From contig NC_087437.1 in assembly GCF_036321535.1 (NCBI RefSeq), forward strand, positions 54,872,001 through 54,936,000: a DNA stretch of 64,000 bases. The letters are read 5' to 3'. This document shows positions 1-11,650 of the stretch, in pieces (position 1 is the first letter of the stretch; every line of letters starts with the position of its first letter). Both the position numbers and the translations under genes were made by a program. A model generated the notes under the pieces. It had not been told where the DNA came from, did no database searches, and was given only the letters and a program-made list of their open reading frames with translations. The stretch comes from Camelus dromedarius. Taxonomy: Eukaryota.

Positions 1-1769
1 TTATACAGTTAGTCAGTGGCACATTTGAGGAGAAAATTAATGCTTTTTTCTAAATCACGATTTCTCCCTGCTTCGGTTCAAGACCAGTGAAAACAGGAGT
101 ATAAATGAGCTTTAGAAGGTGTAATAACTGTTGTCAAAAGGAGCTGATCTCCCAGCCCTAGACACCCACATCAGTTCTGTGCGGCCTCTGAATGACAGAA
201 AATGGCAGCCATTCTGCTGTCCTCGTCTGGGCTCCCGGTTGCTCCTGTGAGAGGACGAGTTCTGACGGTCCATGTGGTTTTAACTCAGTCCATCATCTCT
301 CCTTCCCCTGATTTTAAAAGTTATATGAGGGTGGATGTCCTCTTATACTAAGACATGTCTGTGAATATGATGTATTCATTTTACTTGTCTAATCCTTTTC
401 ATAGATATAGATGTTTAAAAATATCTCAGGTCCCTAGTCTTTTTAGAACATTTAAGTTATTTTAATAAACGATCCTGGCCAACGTGTAATTTTTTTTGTG
501 TGTAAAAGCGAGAGAAGTCATTTTGCAAGTGGAGTCATTGATATGTCCCTCTAGGAACCTTCTTTCCTTCTTGGCCAGCTGCACACACCCCTGCTGTCCT
601 ATTTCAGACCAGAAATGATAGTTGTTCTCCCCAGCAAACAAAGACACTTGACTACAGTTGATGTACAATAATTAGTGGTGAGTATAAAAACTGTGGCAGA
701 TTGTGCACAGAGTATTAGGAAGTATCTCAAAGTGAAAGTCAAGTAGTTGACTTTCCAAGAGTGCTATTGTCCTAAAAATATATACTTGTTAACACTTTGA
801 TTTTCAGGAATATGGAAAACCCAACTTTCAGACATAACCTTAGCAAATAATATGGTGTTTGCTCTACTTCATCCTTAGAATTCAGTGGATCTTCTTCAAA
901 AAATACAGTTTGGTTTATTTCAGCAGATTACTTAAATATAACATCTTAAATTATATAATATTAACATGTAACATTTTTATAACCCCTTAAGAAAACTTAC
1001 CAAACACTTTCATATGTGGGGAAAACTCTGTAACATGCGGGAGGCAACTTGCCTAGTAACATACCAGTACCTAAGGTCAGAGGAAGGATGAGCTCTTAGG
1101 TCTTCTGACTGCCAGACCACTGTTCTTTCCACTCCGTGACACTTGCCTCCATTCATAGCTGTCTGTGTTTACACGTGTTAGCTCATTGTACAGTTATCCA
1201 AACATCAAATATTCCTCAGGCTCAACAGTTTAGGGAATAAAACTTTATAGAGCTGTATTTCTGGGATATAACATGTATTTAACCTTTGAAACCCAAGATT
1301 CAGTCAACACTATATCAAGAATCAAGGAGTTGAAACTATGCCCTTAATACAAGTTCCGGATAATAGACTCTCTTTTATTCAGTCTATAAATATTTGGTGT
1401 ATTTATTCCTCCAGCACAGACACCTTGTTCATTTTTGATGTGGCTTTAGAGGCTATCGTGGAAAGGTCGGATAAGAGGGTGTAGGTGTGCTAGTTGCATT
1501 CTTTATGGATCTGTTAGCTGTTACTTATTTTTAATGGTGCCTATATGCAGTCTTTAACACAAATCTGGATAGAGTTCCTATAACAATGATACTTTTAATC
1601 TTTACCAGATGAAATCGTATTTTTAATCCTGCTATTCATCCCATCCAAAGGACACCAAGTATTAGGCAGGCTGTGTAGGAGACAGCTGAAGCTGGTGATC
1701 CTTGCAGAGGCAGGAAAGTTGATAGTAACCAGCAGAGAACCAAAAAAGAGCTAAAGAAGGTAGGTGGGG

Positions 1770-2067
1770 AATATGAACTAGGACTAGCTTATGGGCCAGA
1801 TCTCACCTAGCACCTGGTTTTGTAAATAATGTGTTACTGAAACTCAGCTATATTCGTTTCTTATATGTTATCTATGGCTGCCTTCACACTACAGCAGTAG
1901 AGCTGAGACAGCACAACAGTAGCTGTTATGTTACTGTGTGCAACAAGTTCATACATGTGCTTTTTACAAATTGTCATGATCTAAGTTTTGTTTGGAAAAA
2001 AAAAATTCTTCAAAAGCCCCAAATATTTACTATATGCCCCTTTATGGAAAAAGTTTACCAACCCCTT
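1770..2067 (+). mobile_element. MER58A-like non-autonomous hAT-Charlie DNA transposon, with about 100 bp of extra internal sequence
   Basis: Matches remembered MER58A segments: gggccagatc..tgtaaataa..tatctatggctgc..aaatatttactat..aaaaagttt..acccct. Confidence 0.8.
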
Positions 2068-2234
2068 ATCTAAAATATGGGAAAAGCTTTGCAAATTTAG
2101 GTTCTTATTAAAATTGATTGAATATTTCTCAGCTATCTTTTTCTTACCCAGTATATCTTGCATCTTGTTTGTGGAGCTTTGAAGGGAACAGAAGAATTAA
2201 ATATCTAAACCGAAAAGTAACCTGCTATTTGCAG

Positions 2235-2800
2235 AATTCTGCAATTTGTAACCATCAACACTATCAGTTTTCTCATCCCAGAAAAAAACTCCTTACTCAT
2301 CGGCAGTCACTCCTCGTTTCCCTCAAAACCTCCAGCCCTTGGTAACCCCTAATCTACTTTCTGTATCTGTAAATTGCCAATTCTGGACATTTGGAGTTAT
2401 GCAATATATGGTTTTTTGTAACTGGATTTTTAACACAATGTTTTATAGTTCCATAAATGCAGTAGCATGTATGAGTACTTCATCCTTTTTCATTGCTAAA
2501 TAATATTCCACTGTATCAATCTACTGCACCATGTTTATTCTCTCATCAGTTGATAGATTCTTGTTTTTTCCCCCACTTTGACTATTATGAGTGATGTTAT
2601 CAATATTTGAATACAAGTTTTTGTATGGACATTTGCTTTTAGTTCTTTTGGGTATATTCCTAGAAATGGACTTGCTGGGTTATATGGTAACTTTTTGTTT
2701 AATCTTTTGAAGAATTGTTGGACTGCTTTCCAAAGGGGCTACATCACGTTACATTTTCACCAGCAGTGTGTGAGTATTCCATTCCCTCCACATTTTCACA
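2235..2800 (-). mobile_element. L1M (L1MB-like) LINE-1 3' fragment
   Basis: Typical antisense L1MB text: taatctactttctgt, aataatattccactgtat, gggtatattcctagaaatgga..gctgggttatatggtaac, ttccaaagggg..caccagcagtgtgtgag. Confidence 0.85.
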
Positions 2801-2829
2801 TCCTGTTTGATTTTAATCACATTATGTCT

Positions 2830-2955
2830 ACCTTCCCACATAGACATCTATGTTCAAGAAGGGTGTGAATCGTGTCTAACTCAGCTTTATTTCTTGTACA
2901 CCTCACATAATATCTTGCATGTGTCAGGCACTCATGAATGAATCAATCAATCAAG
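2830..2955 (+). mobile_element. L2 LINE 3' terminus
   Basis: Degenerate L2 3' end finishing in a gaatgaatcaatcaatcaa tail. Confidence 0.6.
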
Positions 2956-3399
2956 GTGAAGTGACATTGACTTGATGTGGACCCACATACAGTTCTTATT
3001 ACCTAGAGTTCTTTATGTGGTTTTTTAATAATTTTGCTTTTACAGGTATTTTATTTTTTATCCCAGCTGTGTTCCTGGTCTCTTCTAGTCTTTGGCTCCT
3101 AGCTTGCACTAACAATGCATTAATCCTTCAGATGCAGCCCATTTTAGTCCCTGAGGCTAATTTCCCAGCCTACATTCTTACAGTTTTTCTCTTTTTTGCT
3201 GTGGTCAGTTAGAACTGCTCATCTCTGTCCCACGCAGCATGTGTGATGTGTAAACCTGATGAGGCTTTTTTTTCATCTCTGTGGGAAATACGGCCTTCTG
3301 TCCTCACCCCCGCCCAAGCCTGCTCCTGCACAGGGAGTTGTGGCCCTTTTCAGAAACGATTCTGCTCTCCCAGAAGCTCAGGCCTAGAGCATGAAGTCT

Positions 3400-4158
3400 T
3401 GCTTGTCTCCTCTTTTCTCTCACGCAGCAAATGCGTTCATCTCCACCTTGAAAGTCTGTCTAAAATCTGATTTTGTCTCAGCGCCTCCATCGCCTGCACA
3501 TGCCCAGGCCCCATCCCATCTTGCTTCGGTTACCACCACGCCCTCCCACTGCTCTGCTCTTCCATCTTTGTCCCACCTTGACCTGTTTTCAACACAGAGT
3601 CATCCTAAATGTCACATTCTTTCACTGTCCTGCTCAAAACTCGCCAGCAGCTTCTCGCCTCAGAAAATCCGTGCTCAGAAAAAAACTGTGCTCACACGGT
3701 CCAACTCTGTCTGATCACATCTCTCCCTCCCCACCCCACCCTCCTCTTCACCCTCCTCCAGCCACACTCCTGTTTCGGGGCCTTTGTTTCACTGTGCCCT
3801 CTGCCTGGAATGCTTTTCCCCAGATATCCACATGGCCTGTTCTCTCACCTCCTGCAGGACCTCACTCAGAGGTTACTTTGCTGGAGACGTCTTCCCTGAC
3901 CACCCTAAAAGACGTCCCCTGCCCCACAGTGTCCCTACCCAACTTTACTTCATTTTTACTGTAACATTATCACCATCTAACATACTTTATATTTTAATCA
4001 TTTGGTTTTTTGTTTCTCTCCCCCTAGAATGTATCACAAGAGCAGAGTGTTTTGTTTTGTTTTGCTTTGTTTTGTTTTCTGTTTAGTTAACTGCTCTACA
4101 GAGAACAGTACCTGGCAAGTAATAAGTCCTCAGAAAAGATGTGACAATTAACGAATAG
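3400..4158 (+). mobile_element. L2a LINE 3' fragment
   Basis: Diagnostic L2 motifs: ctgctcaaaac, ccagccacact, ccctctgcctggaatgct, ttccctgaccacccta, ctagaatgta, cagtacctggca. Accounts for the ORFs at 3391-4086. Confidence 0.85.
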
Positions 4159-4579
4159 GCAAGTACTGGGCACAGACTCATTCCCTCGGATAACTTTTTT
4201 ATGCAAGTAACTCTGCAGTGGTGTGACAGTGACTTTTATTATCTGAAAAGGGTGCAAAGCCTCAGGGTCCTCCAGTATATGACTCCTGCTTTATGCATGA
4301 TTTCCCCAAAGTGTGTATCCCCCGTCCCTCCCACCTGCTACCACCGAAGCTCCTCAGCCCTCCTTTTACCACCACATGTTGTCTACTTTGGTGATGTTTA
4401 CAGTTCCAAACTCCAGAGAAAGTCGGATGTGATGACAGATGTAGACGTACTCTGACTATAAAATACTACACCTATTTAAGAGGTTACTATTATATTTTAA
4501 AGGACTTAGAATAAAGGTGGGGAACTAAAAATCTATGTGATAGATGGGGCTGTTAAGTATTTTAAAGCTGTATGGATTA

Positions 4580-4745
4580 ATAGCTGCTAGCACTGATTAA
4601 ACATTATATCAGGTACTGTGCTAAGTGCTTTCCATGGATTAGCTCATGCTGTCTTCTCAGTAAGACTTGCAGGGAAATAGAGTTATTATTTTCATTTTGC
4701 AGATAAAACCTGAGTCTTGGAAAAATTAAGTGGCTTGCTCAGTTC
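4580..4745 (-). mobile_element. MIR SINE
   Basis: caggtactgtgctaagtgcttt ... cattttgcagataaaacctgag ... attaagtggcttgctc is the antisense MIR core. Confidence 0.8.
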
Positions 4746-4881
4746 AGAAACTCTTTCTTCTATAAATTTTCATGTGTAAAGGCAAAGTTAAGTGTTAAAG
4801 CAAAGAGTATCTTTTTCATTAGATGCCAACATGTGATTTTGTTTGTTTCTTCGTTGATTCATTTAAAAATTATTCAACACC

Positions 4882-5117
4882 ATACTAACTACTATATATA
4901 AAATAGATAAATAAGTTTCTACTGTATAGCACAGGGAACTATATTCAATATCTTATAGTAACCTGTAATGAAAAAGAATATATGTATGTATATGTATCTG
5001 AAACATTACACTATACACCAGAAATTGACACAACATTGGAAACTGACTATACTTCATTAAAATTTCTTGGAACCTCAAAAAAAAAAAAAAAACAAAACAA
5101 AACAGAGCGAAACTTGA
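4882..5117 (+). mobile_element. Younger cetartiodactyl-type L1 3' end with poly(A) tail, inserted into an L2
   Basis: tactgtatagcacagggaactatattcaatatctt ... acaacattggaaactgactatacttca, then an A-tail. Flanked by a 17-bp TSD with 2 mismatches: AAAAATTATTCAACACC (4865-4881) and AAAAAGTATTCAACGCC (5118-5134). Confidence 0.9.
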
Positions 5118-5134
5118 AAAAAGTATTCAACGCC

Positions 5135-5690
5135 TGTCTTTGGGTGCTGTGTTAGAGTCAGAAAGAGGTTAAGACTGCATTCCTCTTAAAGCTTATAGTC
5201 TAATAACGTTTTCAGAAGAGAGGCAATAAGATGTAATTTTAGGCAGTGATACTTTCTCTGAATGAAATAAAAGATTTTAATAATGGGACAGAGAGTGACT
5301 GGTTTTGGTAGCCAACTCAGGGAAGTCGTTGAAGAAATGACATTTAAGCTGAAACCTGAATAATGATCAAGGTCCAGGTATTCTAAGATCTGGGTGAAGA
5401 ATATTCCAAGCAGAGGACGGCAAGGATGAGTCTTCTCAGCTTGGCATTTACAGGAATAGAAAGCAAGCCAGTGAGGCTGGAACTTAGGTGGCAGAAGAGA
5501 ATGAATAAAATGAGGTGGGAAAGGTGAGGAGGGTCCAGATCTTATGGACCGTGGTGAGCAGTTTGTCCTTATTCTAAGCAAAGTGGAAATTCACTGGAGC
5601 GTTTTTGCAAGGGAGTGATAGGGTCTGGTTTTGTTTTAAGATAATCCCAGCCTCTGTGTAAGATCAAAGTGGATGTACGAAGATTTGTTA
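5135..5690 (-). mobile_element. L2a LINE fragment (its 3' tip continues left of the L1 insertion, at about 4850-4880)
   Basis: aagcttatagtcta, gacatttaagctgaaacctgaa, attccaagcagagg, gccagtgaggctgga, ttattctaagc, gcaagggagtga. Confidence 0.85.
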
Positions 5691-7569
5691 GGCTCTGATG
5701 CTTCTGTGGTTTCCCTTAAAGCTATTGAAAAGATGGGCTTATGAACTTCTTATGAATAAAGATAGAAATAGAAATAGAAGAGCTTTTATATTAAGAAATG
5801 TGAAGGTATGGGCCACTTTATTAGCATGGATTTTGTATCTCCAGATTCCGATAGTTGTATACTTAAACAGACACAGCCTCCCGTTCTCGGAGCAGTGGAG
5901 GAGTGTGGTTGTTGAATGAGAAGTGAAAATAGAAAAGACGCACCACTTACTCTCTCACGAGTGGCAGGGAAAGTTCTCAAGACAAGTAGTAATGGAAGCC
6001 ATGATGGTTCAAAATGTAAGATTTTGGGTGATGAACTAGAGTCGCATGTTTTTATAAATGTTCTGGTTTTAATTACTTCACCAAGAATGATAAAGTATGA
6101 CGCTACTCCATTTTTTTTAATGGCACCTAAGCATTTAAAAACAGTATTCTTAAGTGAGGGACAGCGTGAACACAGGTGAGGGATGAGGGTTTCATCTACT
6201 TCTGTTGCTATGACAGGGTCAGTAGGTTAGCGGGGACATTCTTCTGAGAAGCCAGGGATCCTACTGGTCTTCTCATCCAGTCTCCACCTCGGGTGGCAAT
6301 ATAATCAGTAACAGGCAAATGGGTGGCATCTCTTCTTCAAGACTTTCTGTTCACATCATGTCATTCGCCTTGACGTGTACGTCTCACCAGCTGAGTTTCT
6401 TTCGCCCTTCTCTTTCACGTTATCCTTTTCAAATTATCCCTTTGCCTTGAAATGACTACTGCAGTACTTTGCAGTCTTCATAATGTTCTTTGTATAATTG
6501 GCCTGAAGTGTTTATCAATAGGGGGTAGCTTTTCCAGCATCTGCAATTTTGTGGCATCTGAAGGTCTTTCTGTGCAGCTCAACAGCTGCTTACAAAGTAC
6601 CGGTGTCACTATATTGCTGCGTAGAACTATTTTTCTTAAAATTTTACTTACAATATATAACATACTCCATCTAGATGCCATATTTCTAAATGCCAAAGGA
6701 CATGCAAAAATCGATTAAAATTTAGCTCATCATCAAAGAGCTTAACATCTGATATGGAAGATGAGATAGATATTATTGGTAACACTGGCCTCTGACTACT
6801 CTTACCTTCTTATTGATCAGTGTGAAATATTATACAAAAAAAAAAAATAGAGCTAACATCCCCACTTGTTTAGAGAGTAGAGCATTTCCCGCCATGATCA
6901 GATACTTATAGACAGATAGTTCACACAAAACAGGAATCATAAATGTTAAAAGAAAGCCCTTGAGAAAGTTCTAATGATCTTCAGAAGAGGTGAGTGAATC
7001 AGTTTTGCAAAGTTTCATGTTGGATGTGACCTCGATTAGTCTTGAATTGATGGAAATGAAGGGTGAGAAAGTAGGCAAGACCAATTGTGTAATTGTCCAG
7101 AGCCTCTAATGGCTGGGGAATAAAAGATCTTCCTTAACTTAGATTTGTTTCAGTATTAATTGACTGCCATTCTGATTCTCCATGTTTCTAGCCATCTACC
7201 TCTAAAAATGAGATCAGTTTAAAGTCTGGCCCACCATTTGTATCTTTGCATGTGATAGCATAAAGACAAGCGTGCACAGTAAAGACCCTAACATAACTTT
7301 TTGTTAATTGCCAAAGTTAGTAGGTAAGTAATACCTAATGAATGTTCTATATTAACAAGAGTGATTTTTAACTACTGGAAGCCCATGTCTCCTTAGGAAG
7401 CATATTCTAATCACTTGGGGAACTTCATGCTTAAAATGCTAGTGTGGAAAAATGGCTGTGTAGTCTGAAGTTTTAAAACCTGCTCTGAAGTATGAGTACT
7501 AGATACCACCTAAGACAAGTTATGATTTTTCTTTGTAATGCCTTCATGGTTACTGGCTCATTCAGTCCT

Positions 7570-7700
7570 TGCAGAAGGTATAATAGAAAATACTGTTAAT
7601 ATCCTGAGTTTTCACTGAGTGGGAAGCTGAGACAGAGAGGGATTAGGTTGCTTGCCCGAGACCACATGACCCAAGCTCTTATCGTGATACTACACTGTCT
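7570..7700 (-). mobile_element. MIR SINE fragment
   Basis: gggaagctgagacagagagg..ttgcttgcccgagaccaca resembles the MIR core. Confidence 0.6.
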
Positions 7701-8999
7701 CTCTGTGAAATGTTGTTAGCAAGCATCCTCACCGATGTGCAGCAACCCAGATTTAAACCTTGAATCAAGTTCTCTTCTGATCTTGAGTAGGACCCATATG
7801 CTAAGCTCATCCCTCTTCTTAGCATGAGGCTATTGGGAGGTTATCTGCCAGGAGATCTTCCTAATTATTTTCCTAGTAAGGAAATAAGCTCATCTCTTGG
7901 CTCATCTACTGGTCTGTCCTGCCAGGCACTTATGAAGCAACTGGCAGCATGAGGGGTGTGATGGTGGATTATGGGATTGAGCTAAATGAAATGTCATAGA
8001 TGAGAATCCAGCCAATAACCCTGAACCTCAGGGAGGAAGGTACTACTGAGCTCTGAGAGATGCAAGACAAGTTGCATGAAGATGAAGGTCTCCTCAAAGC
8101 CAGTGTGTGGCATCAGCACAGTGTTTCCAAGTGAGGAAGAAAGACATGTAACAAAACTAACATGCCCAGGTTTTCAGGTGTGATATGATTTCCCCCAAAC
8201 ATGTGAACTGCTTGCCAAATGCCAGGGGTGACACTGTTTTGTACATTTGCCTGAATAATTGATGTTGTCGGTGAAGAGCTGGTCAGAAGAGGGTAAGCAG
8301 AAAGAAAACGTTAAAAAATAAGCTGTAAAGCCCAGCCCATTTATATCTGAAGTGTAAAGTCAGATGAAGTGAATGTTCCATTTACTCATGATATTCACCA
8401 TTGATCCACGATGAGCCTATCCTGAGAGAGGATTAAATCCATCAGTAAATATCCCAAACTGTCCTTCTTGAAATCCTTGGGGAGAACACTGAGTCGCATT
8501 CCTACAGAAGAAATGCCAAGTGAGGAGCCTAGGCCAAGTTTGGTTGGAAAGCCTTATTTAGACAACCGTGGAAGTGTGGACTTGACCACGTGAGACACCA
8601 GGGCTGTTCAGCCTTCTGCGGCGGTTCTGCACGTTCTAGTACCGGGCTATTAATAGGGAGGTAGGCACAAGTGTGCTGTTACTGCTGCTTGCTTTCTTGC
8701 CTTTTTTTTAACTGCATGGATCATGTTTACAAAGGACCCTTTCCTTTTGTAAGACGTTATCCTGTGAGGACGTCATTGGTTTCTATTTTATATCCTCTGA
8801 TTCTATGCTTATATCCATGCTTTTAATGTTAGCATTTTCTATTAAAAACAGAAGTCTAGTTTTCTACTTCAAGTGTTAACCAATTACAAAGTCAAAGGAA
8901 CGTAAAAATTTACTACAAAAGTTTTCTCAGCGATGAGGAGTTCATAGATTTTTTTAGGCTATCGGAGATGAAACAAATGTGTTCCTTTGATTTCCTAAG

Positions 9000-9340
9000 A
9001 AACCATCCTGCCCATTTACAAGAAATTAAGACCCAGAGAATGACTGTCCAAGGTCTCATAGCAGAGGTAGGACTTCAAAACAATTCTTAAACCTCTAAAT
9101 TTGGGAGATTGAGGGCGATTCTGTGACTACATTGATAGGTAATTTATCATTGCCTTTGATAAATTAACAGTGAACTTTTAAATGTGACGTATTTTCATAT
9201 CCATTATCTCATCTGCTTCTGAAACCAAAACAAAACTTGTTGAGGTGGACAGAGAATAGACGGTTACCCTCTTTTACAGATGATGACACAATTTTAGAGA
9301 AGTTGAGTCACTTCCCAATTTGCACACTATGTAAATCATA
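9000..9340 (-). mobile_element. Two adjacent MIR fragments
   Basis: cccatttacaagaaattaagacccagagaatgactgtccaaggtctcatagc and ttttacagatgatgacacaattttagagaagttgagtcacttccc. Confidence 0.6.
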
Positions 9341-9770
9341 GAATCCTTATTCCTTGTCTATAAAATCCATGGCATGAAACGCAGAGCTAAAAGAAATTGC
9401 AGTTCCCAGCGTTTTTGTTTACAGAACGCCTCCTCTGGTTGCTTAACATTTAGATTGAAATATAAGAAATTCACTAAACAGGACAGTGAGTGAAAGGCTT
9501 GGGCTGATATCTGGTGATAGTACTTGGTCTGAGAAGGGTCTGCGGGCAGTGACTCTGTAGATGATAAGGTTACACAAACCTCAGAAGCCAAATTAACCTT
9601 TCGATTAAATGATTGAACCCTATTGACCATGTAGTGGTTACTACAAAATAAAAGGCTGTTCAGGATGGAAAGATTTTATCAACAAGTGTGTATAAAAAAT
9701 AAGAATTTCTGACAAAACAGCATTGGCTTTAACCTCTACAGTTAATATACCGAAAGGTGAATAGTGAAGG

Positions 9771-9771
<1 letters not shown>

Positions 9772-9817
<46 letters not shown>
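9772..9817. repeat. (TG)23 microsatellite
   Basis: Perfect dinucleotide run read directly. Confidence 0.98.
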
Positions 9818-9819
<2 letters not shown>

Positions 9820-9913
9820 GAGATATATTCAAATTCTGTGGGACCTAAACTCTGAAGCTTACCACTTTGGGGGCACTTCTTTTAAAAACACAAAACTGTG
9901 ATCAGAAAGTCAC

Positions 9914-10288
9914 TGCATTAGCTTGCTAGGGCTGCCATAGCAAAGTAGCACGGACTGGGTGGCTTAATCCATGGAAATGAATTTTCTCACGTTTCTGGAG
10001 GCTGGGATTCTGAGGTCGGGGTGTTGGCAGGGTTGGCTTCTTCTGAGCCCTCTCTCCTCGGCTTATGGAGGGGTGTCTTCGCCTCATGTCCTCGCTTGTT
10101 CTGTCTCTGTGTGCACCTGGGTCCTGGTCTCCTCCTCTTAGAGTGACATCAGGATCAGGCCCAACCTCACAATCTCATTTTAACGTCATTGTCTCTTTGA
10201 AGACCCCTTTTCCAAATTACAGTGACATTCTACAGTCCTGGGGTACTTCATATGAATTTGAGGGGGGGACCTCATTCATCCCATAACA
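9914..10288 (-). mobile_element. MLT1 (ERVL-MaLR; MLT1A/B/C-like) solo LTR
   Basis: TG...CA termini; tagggctgccatagcaaagta, ctgggtggcttaa, ttctggaggctggga, gttggcagggttgg, atatgaattt, cccataaca. Confidence 0.9.
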
Positions 10289-11330
10289 ATTATGTTAGAA
10301 AAGGAATATTTATTTCAAATGAGAAAAGCAAATGAAACACATTTTAAATTGATTTTAAAAAGCTGTGAAATGTGACAAACATCATAAAATCCAGAAGAAT
10401 ATCATTTTAGTTAATTAATTAAATGTCGGGTGACTTTTTCTTACATTTTGTGGCTACATGCTCTCTGGTCAGCTCTCCATGAAACCTAATTTTGCAATAT
10501 TTTCTGTGGGAAGAAAGATATATAGATAGATAATTTTACTCTTTCCTCTAGCATGGTTGATATAAATGTATTATTTATTATTATTAAAAGTTTGGAAATC
10601 TTTCTTTAATCTGTACAACTTTTATTGGTAATGTCATAAAACTTAAGATGATTGTCAAATTTGGGGAAACTGCTATCAAGTTTCTTTAACCTGAAAGCTG
10701 TTGCAAAAATACTTGTACTATTGCTGTAAGTTCATACATGGATAAATTCCATTTTGTGAAATCCACATCACAAAAGAAAATTGTCAGTGGCGCATTTATA
10801 ATTGCTCCCAGTGCACTGTTGAGGCCATTCCTGATAAGAGAAAGCATCCTTTTTTTGCATCACTGAGTAGAGTCGTCCTCCCTGTGTGTCTGCTTTTACA
10901 CATCTGACAATTGGCAGAACGTTCGACTGACATAGCGGCATAGCTTCTGGCTGCATACATTTCACACCCTGTTTCTCTCCTCTACTAGCATAATCCCTAT
11001 GCTGGGTGTTATAGGACACATTCATGTCATTTCTGGCTCCAGATCCCTGAGTCCTACAGCTAAGAGAGGAGTGGGCCCAGGGGCATTAATAGTATGCCAG
11101 GAAGTCGTTCCTACACAGTGATCATTGGCGATACCTGACGATCACACCATAGTGACAGCAAACCATGTAAATGTATCCCACTATATGCTCAACTAAATGC
11201 GCCCTCCACTCATCTCATCAGAATGGAAAGAGACAGCAGGGAGTGCACTGCTTGGGCCCCTCCCGGGACCTTAGAAGGGACCAAAGGAAGTGAGGGGCCC
11301 TGAAGTTTGATTTTCTTTCTTGTCAATCTG
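10289..11330 (-). mobile_element. Probable hAT-Tip100 (Zaphod/MER115-like) DNA transposon remnant
   Basis: The reverse complement of about 11250-11310 (aacttcagggcccctcacttcc...ttctaaggtcccgggaggggccc) resembles the Zaphod/MER115 terminus. The extent to the left is inferred from the AT-rich internal sequence. Confidence 0.45.
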
Positions 11331-11409
11331 CGTTCACTTGAAAGTGTTTTTTCTACTCTGGGTATTTGCTTGGGAAGAGTTACTCCCCGCCTTCCCTCCT
11401 CCTTCCCTC

Positions 11410-11650
11410 CTTGCATATCTCTCTTTCTCAAATATTTACTCCATGCATCCCACATTCCAGACCCTGTGTTGGGAGAGATGAGACGCACATGATGATGTCT
11501 ACAGCACAGGTATAAAGTGATGGGTAACCAAAGCTGTTAAAGATAAAATTTACTGGCATCAGATAATTTAGGGTCACATTCAGTGGAGTGATCAGGGAAG
11601 GCTTTATGAGGAAGCAGTATTTGGACTGGCCTAAAGGATGAGTGGGATTG
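11410..11650 (-). mobile_element. L2 fragment
   Basis: caaatatttact..ccagaccctgtgttggg, atcagggaaggcttt..gaggaagcagtatttg..aaggatgagt. Confidence 0.7.

Larger units (their letters stand above)
608..4515 (+). pseudogene. Candidate decayed multi-exon 3' gene end or spliced lncRNA (putative exons 608-677, 808-854, 1609-1759, 4404-4515)
   Basis: Each segment follows a pyrimidine-rich CAG acceptor (tttcag at 607 and 807, taccag at 1608, ttacag at 4403). Donors are GTGAGT (678), GTGTTT (855, weak) and GTAGGT (1760). AATAAA lies at 4510-4515. Phases join consistently but the joined frame has several stops. Product not recognised. Confidence 0.3.

Noticed and set aside
3391..4086. Overlapping 96-163 aa ORFs
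   Set aside because: They lie in a C-rich L2a fragment, which is stop-poor by composition.
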